Assembly (NCBI RefSeq): GCF_902652985.1
Contig: NC_047020.1
Location: forward strand, 4,340,001-4,404,000
Direction of reading: 5' to 3'
Source of the DNA: Pecten maximus
Lineage: Eukaryota
Length of the DNA stretch: 64,000 bases
The position numbers and the translations under genes were made by a program. This document shows, piece after piece, positions 37,083 through 49,000 of this stretch. The stretch's first letter is position 1, and each line of letters begins with the position of its first letter. The notes beneath the pieces are model-generated. The model did no database searches. It worked only from the letters and a program-made list of their open reading frames with translations, and had not been told where the DNA came from.

Positions 37083-40000
37083 ATGACGGAAACACTTGGC
37101 TGGGGAGACTACCTGACAATCGTCATATACTTTGCCATTGTGATAGTCGTAGGGATTTGGGTACAGTATGACTACTCTCCTCATTAACAGTACATTTCAT
37201 GGCGTTATAAACATGTAGACTTCAGCCGGGAATCCAATGTAACTGAGGTGTATATTAGCAATGTATCGTGATATATCATGCATTTACTGATATCACACCT
37301 TTCATCATAATAGTAAACCCCAATAAGAAATAATGGTTACACAACGAGTGGTTGTTGTATAAGGTACTTCTTTCATTCGAGTTTGTAATTTTTTCAAAAG
37401 TTACGGAAAACCCCAGCTTTAGCGAGTATCCTTTTTTATAATTTACATAGCTCACTCATTAAATTTTCAGTGTAAAATATTTAATGTGCCTGACATCGAT
37501 ATTAGATAACATAAATGTGTTGACAGACTATCGTTCGTGTTTAGGTATGTGTATCTTCTTATCTCCTTACCTTAACAAATCCTTCAATACCAGATCAAGT
37601 ACATGATAAACTGGGTCAGATTTTATTTCAACTGTATTATCCTTTCTGTGTTTTTTTAGACAAATATTTTAGTAACTTAAATATGATATAGTGTCTATGA
37701 TGATTTATTTCATTGCTACACATGTTCAAGAACTCGATATTTGGAAATACAATATGCTGATTTGTACCCTATTAGTGGACAATTCCTTATTATTAATTTA
37801 AAGATAAAAGTATGATAACCAGGTGCGATTGAATGATATTCAGCTACCCTTTTCCTTCTAAGTACTTCTGATGCAGTATCTTTACAAATATGTCGTAGAA
37901 TACTACAATGTATTTCCGTTGTGTTGAAAAGGGGGTGTTATTCAACTGTGGATCAGCCCACAGATAACTAATACAATATCTTCCTCGTCTTTAAGGAAAT
38001 TAAGTATGCCATGTCAGGTAGATTTTTGTATAGTACAACATTTGGCTCCAGTGCACGATGTTACGGTGATTAACATTCTCTTGTAAAATGATAATACCTT
38101 CAATCATAAATTATTAGTATCCAGGAAAATGTATTTGTGGGTAGTAAGTTTGGTGGCACCTTAGATCGCTTTACATGTACTGATACTAGAACATTTTATC
38201 ATAATTAATTGTACGTTACATAAGTAATCTTTTGGATCAGGGAAACAACTAAGATAGATACTACTGTATATATCATATAACCAAGCTCTGTTACAGTCAA
38301 CATGCAGACCAAACAGAGGAAGTTCCCAGGGCTATTTCCTAGCCGGAAAAAACATGAACTGGATACCGGTAAGATATTATGAACATTCTAAAAGTATTTT
38401 ATAACCTTTCTTTCGTTTTATTCTTATCTTGATGTGACTGAACCGAAATACTTTCTACCTGTCACACGTCAAGAAGTCAATAGTTAGGCAATGATGATGG
38501 CATTTACACGTCACTAAATTCACATTACGAAGTAATTAATTATGAACATCAGCTTCTTTTCACTGTTTCGCTCCTGCTGTCTCCCTTAAAATGCCTAATT
38601 TAGAACTAGAAATAGTGAATCGTTTGCCCAAATAAGAAAAGGCTATGAGCTGTCCTCGAGAGATTTATAAAAGTAATTAAAAATATTACCTGATGTTCCA
38701 TAGCCCAGCCATATCCGCTGTCAGTGTATTGTCATGCTTATGTGCCAATGACATTACCTATCAGTTCAGCGGTGGTGGTTTGTCTCGGTCGGGAAAATAT
38801 AACACTCAAACGTTGCAATCTGTCCTGCATAAAAAAAGCAATCCTGGGGGGGGGGGGGGGGGGGGGGAATGACCATAGGCACTTATACGGAGAGATAAAT
38901 TATATTATTATTGCCAGATTTGTATGGGTTGATTTAAAATATTGTTTTGCTGCGGTGAGCTATCTGTGAAACATACTTGTTTCACTTTTCGTGTCATGTG
39001 TTCGAACATGCATACATATCAAATAGATTTCATTAATATTAACAATTATATTTAATTAAATAATAATAATATTTTTATTTTTTTACATTGCTAAGCTATA
39101 TATATATATATATTACCATCAATTCCAGATTAAATTATGCTATCCACTTAGTCAACTCCCTGGTTCACCTTATTTTAATGATATAGCAGTGCACAGTATA
39201 CCTGGATTATTCAACTGGTAATCACATTACTCCACATTTGTTAAATGTTTGATAAATTAAACTTAATTACAACATTTGTTGAATATCAACTGGATGGATT
39301 TGGTTTGGGGCAGATCTGATACATGTTATTATTATATTTTCTATTCTCTCTTTTTTTCTCTATCTCTCTCTTTTTTTTCTTTCTTTCTTTTTCTTTTTTT
39401 TTTTGATGATATAACCATCAAAATGAAGTAACTCATTTTAATCGGATTAAGAAATTCTCAAATTATTTCCAAGAGTTGGTGTAACCCTTCTTCAAAACTA
39501 TATATCTATTTGCTGAAATTGGCTTTTGATCCTCGTCAGTGGAAGGTCAGTGTGTTAGTGTGGCCTGTATCTGTTGGGGGGATACATTCAATATCACCAA
39601 ATAATTATGCTTAACAGTATACTTATATGAATATTAATATCTTATTGCTTTCTATTATTCACTGATAATATAATAAACCAGTATTTAAAATTAAGTACCC
39701 TTAGCCAAAGGGTTACTCTCCTAAACAACATTGAATAAGTCTATCAACCTCGAGGAGTTACTTCCCCTTAAGTCAATTTGTAATATATCAATGTGTACAT
39801 ATACATTATATTTGTCTGTATTTCGTACCACCTGCTGTTTCTATTAAATTAAGATTTAGATTTAGATAGGCTATGCCTAATGTCTAATCCTATTGACTTT
39901 CCATCCATGTCAATAAAGTTTGTTGAAATTGAAATTGAACATACGTTTACTCTCATTTTCTGTGTAACATTATTGAAAATATTACTATGAGGTGGATTCA

Positions 40001-43000
40001 ACCTGTTTCTGCTTCGAAAATATCCTGCGAGTCGTACCTAAGGATTTGTATTGTCTTACTATTTAGGTGGGAGCGTCATTATATGCCAGCAACATAGGCG
40101 CCCCGATTTTTGTAGGCTTATCAGGTTCCGCCGCAGCCTCCGGAATAGCCGTCAGCATTTATGAATGGCACGTACGTACTTACCACACGCCAATTAATTA
40201 CGTAAATATCACCTCTAGACCTTTATTTTTCGAGCACGGTTAAACATTCCAAGATTGTTGTTTCATTACTTTATGTCAATCGTTCTCATTCATAGCTGTT
40301 TTGCGTCTTTAAATTGTATTTTGTTATATGAACATCAGGATCCGCTCCGTCACTCTGGCTTTTGTTGGGATATTAATGGGTATGATGAGGCCAGAGATTG
40401 TCATTACCTATGTCAAATGAACAGAAGGATGTTTTACAAAATGTACATTTTTGCAGGCTGTGTTTTTCCTCGTCGCTCTTGGCTGGATATTTGTGCCCGT
40501 GTATGTGTCCTGCGGGGTATGTTTCATTTGGTTTAAATACTATAATAACTGTAATAGGCAAATAGTTTTCAATCCATTATGTTATATCTTATTACTGTTT
40601 TGTCAAACCATGATCATCAAGCATACATATTGTGAACTGTATATCCTAGTTGTTACCAGTGGAGAATCATAGTGGCTGTGGAAGTTCACAACAGAAGGCT
40701 TTAAGTTCCGAATTGTTCAGGGGTTTTTTCATTCATAAATAGTTAGAAGCCCAGTAATGCATTCTTTCGTGATGTTTTAATATAGAACTCATGAAGAAAT
40801 ACAATTTGGACAATCCTTGCATGCATGCTAAAACTGCATTTCAGTTGACAGAGCTCATTGTAACATCACACTGATCTGTTCATTGTAACATCACACTAAT
40901 CTGTTCATTGTAACATCACACTGATCTGTTTACTGTGACATCACACTGATCTGTTTACTGTGACATCACACTGATCTGTTCATTGTAACATCACACTGAT
41001 CTGTTTACTGTGACATCACACTGATCTGTTTACTGTGACATCACACTGATCTGTTCATTGTAATATCACACTGATTTTTTCATTGTGACATCACACTGAT
41101 CTGTTTACTGTGACACCACACTGATCTGTTCATTGTAATATCACACTGATTTTTTCATTGTGACATCACACTGATCTGTTTACTATGACACCACACTGAT
41201 CTGTTCATTGTAACATCACACTAATCTGTTCATTGTAACATCACACTGATCTGTTCATTGTAACACAACACTGATCTGTTTACTGTAACATCACACTAAT
41301 CTGTTCATTGTTACACCACACTAATCTATTCATTGTAACACCACACTAATCTGTTCATTGTAACACCACACTAATCTGTTCATTGTAACACAACACTGAC
41401 CTGTTTACTGTAACATCACACTAATCTGTTCATTGTAACACCACACTAATCTGTTCATTATAACACCACACTGATCTGTTCATTGTAACACCACATTGAT
41501 CTGTTCATTGTAACACCACACTGATCTGTTCATTGTAACACCACACTGATCTTAACGGAACCAAATCTGGTTTATGGCATTATATAAGCGCTGATGTCTT
41601 CATTTCTATGAAGAAAACATTTCTGAATGTGATTTGCTCTCCTCAACAGTCGTTTACTACTCCCCAATATTTGCGGAAGCGGTATGGGGGAAAGAGGATA
41701 AGAACCTACGCCGCCGTTATATCACTACTCGGATATATCATCTTTAATATATCGGTACGTATTTAAGTTTTCACTTCCTCTACCTACATACCTATCTTTA
41801 ATATCTCGGTACGTATTTTAGTTTTCACTTCCCCTACCTACATACCTATCTTTAATATCTCGGTACGTATTTTAGTTTTCACTTCCCCTACCTACATACC
41901 TATCTTTAATATATCGGTTCGTATTTTAGTTTCACTTCCCCTCCCTAAATACCTATCTTTAATATATCGGTTCGTATTTTAGTTTTCGCTTCCCCTACCT
42001 ACATACCTATCTTTAATATCTCGGTACGTATTTTAGTTTTCACTTCCCCTACCTACATACCTATCTTTAATATCTCGGTACGTATTTTAGTTTCACTTCC
42101 CCTACCTACATACCTATCTTTAATATCTCGGTACGTATTTTAGTTTCACTTTCCCTACCTACATACCTATCTTTAATATCTCGGTAAATACATGTATTTT
42201 AGTTTTCCCCTACCTACCTAAATACCTATCTTTAATATCTCGGTACGTATTTTAGTTTCACTTCCCCTACCTACATACCTATCTTTAATATCTCGGTACG
42301 TATTTTAGTTTCACTTCCCCTACCTACATACCTATCTTTAATATCTCGGTTCGTATTTTAGTTTCACTTCCTCTACCTACATGTATACCTATCTTTAGTA
42401 TCTCGGCGTTAAATATTTTAGTTTTCACTTCCCCTACCTACATACCGATCATTAATATCTCGGTACGTACTTTAGTTTTCGCTTCCCCTACCTACATACC
42501 TATCTTTAATATCTCGGTACGTATTTTAGTTTCACTTCCCCTACCTACAGACCTATCTTTAATATCTCGGTACGTATTTTAGTTTCACTTCCCCTACCTA
42601 CATACCTATCTTTAATATCTCGGTTCGTATTTTAGTTTCACTTCCCCTATCTACATACCTACGATGTTTCATGTCCCAGTCGCGTAATCATGATTTACAT
42701 GACAGTTGTAGACTCTTACAATACAAAGTCTCAATTGGTGGGTGTTCATGAAGATCATGGGAAGTTTAGTTGTTATATGTTAATATTGCCTTATTTGTTA
42801 TTGTCAGTATGTGACTTTAGACATAAAAATACACATGGTAAATGTCATTGATGAATCAGCTAACACCTATCTATTTTGCAGTCGCTTTAGTGAACATAAC
42901 ACGCAATAATAAGCTCAGAAGATCGTGTTGCACTAACATAATTTAAACGACGTCAAAAATATGTTTTATCGTCTCCCATGTTTTGTTTCAGGCTGAGATA

Positions 43001-46000
43001 TTCGCAGGCGCAATGTTCTTACAGCAACTCCTCGGTTGGAATCTCTACTTAAATGTAGCTGTAATACTTTTTGTGACCGCACTCTACACCATTGTCGGTA
43101 ATCATTGTATTGATATTTTCGATAACACTCATTCTTATCAACATCGTATGACTTGCTTAACCGTTCATGAACATCCATATGACTATGGCTGTGGTAAGGT
43201 CGATGAACGGTCTAGTTAAAATGTGTCCTCTATATACTATCATATATTGTTTACGGTTCTCAATTTTGTCTCGGTGTGTCGATAAATTGCCTCATGGTTA
43301 ATGGTTAAACACATTGAAAACATTTTTTTGTGATATTCCATTCATTGAGGCTGATAATTAATCTTTTAATTGTAGACATAATCGACCTGTTCCATTCTGA
43401 AGCTTGCTGTACAATACGAAATACTTTATAACACTACAAGACATGGGTGTTTACAGTGTGTAAATCATAAGAAAAGTATTTGTAAAAGATTTGATAAAAA
43501 AATAATAACCTATATGATATACTTTGTGAGCTAATTCACATCCTCGCTTCACCGTATAACACTCTTAACTTATATTAAAATTTGTTTATTGTTTGTGTCT
43601 TTTGTGCAGTGTTTTGAGATAGTAGATGGTAGACACTGCTGGTAGACGTTTGTTCCCTGGGATACTTTAACTGCATGTCATGTTTACATTACTTTGAATG
43701 TAGACATGGTTATAATATATACGTTAAATTGACTTTTTTGAAATGAGATATTAAACATTTAGACACGTTACAAAATAGGGCTATTTCAAGTCTCCAAACA
43801 TATGTTTCAAGTTTTTCTCGTCGACTCTTCCGTTTTAATCGTTTGCATCTAACTTTCAGTTTGCAGCGATAGGTACATCTTGTCAGTCTCTTGAAAATCA
43901 GGATCTAAAAGCGTACATTTAAGTCCAAATGATTATGTTTAAGATTACTAAATGCCTCATATTATTGTATTGAACAACATGGCCAGTCAATTTTGTTTTT
44001 ATTTGATATTCCTTGCGTTATAGGTGGCCTTGCTGCTGTCATCTACACCGATACATTACAAACAGTTATTCTTCTTATCGGTGCTGCCATTCTCTTTGTT
44101 ACGTGTAAGTATTGTTTACGGTAACCCCAATACACATCTCCTAATATCAAACGCCATCGTGTTTTATCTTTTTATGATCTTTGTATGATTACCTTATCAG
44201 CAAATGAACGAACATAATTATTAAGTTGAATTTCGTTGTATTAAATACAAGCTCCTGATCTTATTTTCGTAATAGGACGAAAACAATATCAAAACACAAT
44301 ATCATATATTAATGTAACGTTATCGTTCAGACTTGTGTTTTGTTTATATAAGACTACCACTGGTGATTTTCAGCCTGGTTAGATGTTGGAGGCTGGGGAG
44401 CATTGCAGGAAAAGTATATGATGTCGGCGGCAAACTACACCTTCAATAACACGCAATACTCCTGTGGGTTACCCCGAGAGGATTCATTCCATATCGTACG
44501 TGACGCTGTCACGGGTGACATCCCCTGGCCAGGGGCTCTACTGGGACTGTCTACCTTAGGCATGTACGTCTGGTGTCAGGATCAGGTCAGTTTGTATATT
44601 AAAATCAACATTTTCCCAAAATTCAATTCTGTCAATTCTTTGATCTAATAGTATGGACATTAAGGTTTCCGTCAACATCTGAAAATATCATGGATACATA
44701 GTTTTAACTAAACACACAATATGCCTTCAAATATTTATCTGGTCATATGTAATTAATTTCTATCTGAAACACGTTTGCATTTTTGCATAAAGATCACAAA
44801 AATAACCCAAAATACCAAGTCACATTATGAGTTTACCTTAACACTTTCGTTAAACATCTCATGACGGTATAACTGGGCATATCCTTCATCTATTTGAAAA
44901 CAAAAATATTTCAATGCTACCATATCAAAATCTTCCTTTCCTGGACTAATTTCCCCATAGCTCATGGTACAAAGATGCTTATCAGCCAAGAACATGAACC
45001 ACTCCAAAGGCGGAGCGTTACTCGGTGGTTTCCTGAAACTGACGTCTTTCATACTTTTCGTTATTCCTGGGATGGTCAGTCGGATTAAATACCCTGGTAC
45101 ATATTTTATCAAATGAAATACGTCATCAAACTTATTTTTTTTGAAGATTAATTCATTTTCAAAATCTTGAAATAAATTCATATAATCGTATGGTAACATA
45201 CTTTGAAAACAGTCAAGCAGTTTCTTTTGCATTAAGAATGTGAATTAATTTAGTTGGTTTTTAATTTTAAACTATAGAACAACATTTTTGTTTGGCAGAT
45301 TCGTATTGATACGAATTAAATATCAAAACCACCCGTAGATGAGAACATGCTTTATCCATTTGTTTACAGAGGAAGTCGCATGTGCGGATCCTGACAAATG
45401 TTTTGAGATCTGTCAGAACAGGGCTGGGTGTTCTAATCTCGCCTATCCTCTACTTGTCCTGCGTCTTCTGCCAGAAGGTAGGTGTTTGGTATTTCAACCA
45501 ATCATATGTTTGGAATTAAAAAATGAAAATTCAACTTTCATCGTTTGCACATTAAGAGTATGTAACACCGAAGGAAACATATAAGTTCAAACTATATAAA
45601 AGATTAGCACGTTTGTATACACATACGTTTTGTATTTATATTATATATTTGAGGTATTCGGGGCCTGATGTTGGCGGCGTTACTTGCGGCGCTGATGAGT
45701 TCCCTGACGTCGATATTGAACAGTGCGAGTAGTATAATTACGTTAGACGTTTGGCGCATGTACCGGAAGAAGGCCAAGGATACAGAGCTGATGATAGTCG
45801 GTCGGGTTACAGTGCTGGTTCTTGTCGTCACCAGTATACTGTGGCTTCCGGTCATGGAGAAGGTCCAAGGAGGACAGTTCTGGGCCTACATGCAGTCTAT
45901 CAGAAGCTATATCACCCCTCCATGGTTTATACTATTTGTTCTCGGAGTATTCTGGAAACGGACTACGGAAGCGGTATAGTTTTCGAAACAATTACTCTAT

Positions 46001-49000
46001 AATATCTTTTTTACTTTTTAACAATCAACAGCTGTTTAATCGCACTGTGTGTGATAGGTATGTTTGTATTATACTATAGTACACTATGTGTGATAGGTAT
46101 GTTTGTATTATACTGTAGTACACTGTGATAGGTATGTTTGTATTATACTGTAGTACACTGTGATAGGTATGTTTGTATTATACTGTAGTACACTGTGATA
46201 GGTATGTTTGTATTATATTGTAGTTCACTGTGATAGGTATGTTTGTATTGTACTGTAGTTCACTGTGATAGGTATGTTTGTATTATACTGTAGTACACTG
46301 TGATATGTATGTTTGTATTATACTGTAGTACACTGTGATAGGTATGTTTGTATTATACTGTAGTTCACTGTGATAGGTATGTTTGTATTATACTGTAGTA
46401 CACTGTGATATGTATGTTTGTATTATATTGTAGTTCACTGTGATAGGTATGTTTGTATTATACTGTAGTACACTGTTATAGGTATGTTTGTATTATACTG
46501 TAGTTCACTGTGATAGGTATGTTTGTATTATACTGTAGTTCACTGTGATAGGTATGTTTGTATTATACTGTAGTTCACTGTGATAGGTATGTTTGTATTA
46601 TACTGTAGTTCACTGTGATAGGTATGTTTGTATTATACTGTAGTACACTGTTATAGGTATGTTTGTATTATACTGTAGTTCACTGTAATAGGTATGTTTG
46701 TATTATATTGTAGTTCACTGTGATAGGTATGTTTGTATTATATTGTAGTTCACTGTGATAGGTATGTTTGTATTATATTGTAGTTCACTGTGATAGGTAT
46801 GTTTGTATTATACTGTAGTTCACTGTGATAGGTATGTTTGTATTATACTGTAGTTCACTGTGATAGGTATGTTTGTATTATACTGTAGTACACTGTGGTA
46901 GGTATGTTTGTATTATACTGTAGTACACTGTGATAGGTATGTTTGTATTATACTGTAGTTCACTGTGATAGGTATGTTTGTATTATACTGTAGTACACTA
47001 TGTGATAGGTATGTTTGTATTATACTGTAGTACACAATGTGTGATAGGTATGTTTGTATTATACTGTAGTACACTGTGTGTGATAGATATGTTTGTATTA
47101 TACTGTAGTACACTATGTGTGATAGGCATGCTTGTATTATACTGTAGTACACTGTGTGTGATAGGTATGTTTGTATTATACTGTAGTACACTGTGATAGG
47201 TATGATTGTATTATACTGTAGGACACTATGTGTGATAGGTATGTTTGTATTATACTGTAGTACAATGTGATAGGTATGCTTGTATTATACTGAAGTACAC
47301 TGTGTGTGATAGGTATGTGTGTATTATACTGTAGTACAATGTGTGATAGCTATGTTTGTATTATACTATAGTACACTGTGTGATAGGTATGTTTGTATTA
47401 TACTGTAGTACACTATGTGTGATAGGTATGTTTGTATTATACTGTAGTACACTGTGATAGGTATGTTTGTATGATACTGTAGTACACTGTGTGTGAGAGG
47501 TATGTTTGTATTATACTGTAGTTCACTGTGATAGGTATGTTTGTATTATACTGTAGTTCACTGTGATAGGTATGTTTGTATTATACTGTAGTACACTGTG
47601 ATAGGTATGTTTGTATTATACTGTAGTACACTGTTATAGGTATGTTTGTATTATACTGTAGTTCACTGTAATAGGTATGTTTGTATTATATTGTAGTTCA
47701 CTGTGATAGGTATGTTTGTATTATATTGTAGTTCACTGTGATAGGTATGTTTGTATTATATTGTAGTTCACTGTGATAGGTATGTTTGTATTATACTGTA
47801 GTTCACTGTGATAGGTATGTTTGTATTATACTGTAGTTCACTGTGATAGGTATGTTTGTATTATACTGTAGTACACTGTGGTAGGTATGTTTGTATTATA
47901 CTGTAGTACACTGTGATAGGTATGTTTGTATTATACTGTAGTTCACTGTGATAGGTATGTTTGTATTATACTGTAGTACACTATGTGATAGGTATGTTTG
48001 TATTATACTGTAGTACACTGTGATAGGTATGTTTGTATTATATTGTAGTTCACTGTGATAGGTATGTTTGTATTATACTGTAGTACACTGTTATAGGTAT
48101 GTTTGTATTATACTGTAGTTTACTGTGATATGTATGTTTGTATTATACTGTAGTACACTATGTGATAGGTATGTTTGTATTATACTGTAGTACACTATGT
48201 GTGATAAGTATGTTTGTATTATACTGTAGTATCCTTTGTGTGATAGGTATGTTTGTATTATACTGTAGTATCCTTTGTGTGATAGGTATGTTTGTATTAT
48301 ACTGTAGTATCCTTTGTGTGATAGGTATGTTTGTATTATACTGTAGTACACTATGTGTGATAGGTATGTTTGTATTATACTGTAGTACACTCTGTGTGAT
48401 AGGTATGTTTGTATTATACTGTAGTACACAATGTGTGATAGGTATGTTTGTATTATACTGTAGTACACTGTGTGTGATAGATATGTTTGTATTATACTGT
48501 AGTACACTATGTGTGATAGGCATGCTTGTATTATACTGTAGTACACTGTGTGTGATAGGTATGTTTGTATTATACTGTAGTACACTGTGATAGGTATGAT
48601 TGTATTATACTGTAGGACACTATGTGTGATAGGTATGTTTGTATTATACTGTAGTACAATGTGATAGGTATGCTTGTATTATACTGAAGTACACTGTGTG
48701 TGATAGGTATGTGTGTATTATACTGTAGTACAATGTGTGATAGCTATGTTTGTATTATACTGTAGTACACTGTGATAGGTATGATTGTATTATACTGTAG
48801 TACACAATGTGTGATAGGTATGTTTGTATTATACTGTAGTACACTGTGATAGGTATGTTTGTATGATACTGTAGTACACTGTGTGTGAGAGGTATGTTTG
48901 TATTATACTGTAGTACACTGTGATAGGTATGTTTGTATTATACTGTAGTACACTATGTGTGATAGGTATGTTTGTATTATACGTAGTACACTGTGATAGG

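Noticed and set aside
39100-39940. Possible LINE 3'UTR ending AATAAAG...GAAATTGAAATTGAA in intron 2 of copy C
   Set aside because: Only the tail is suggestive; no coding relic or 5' boundary could be identified.
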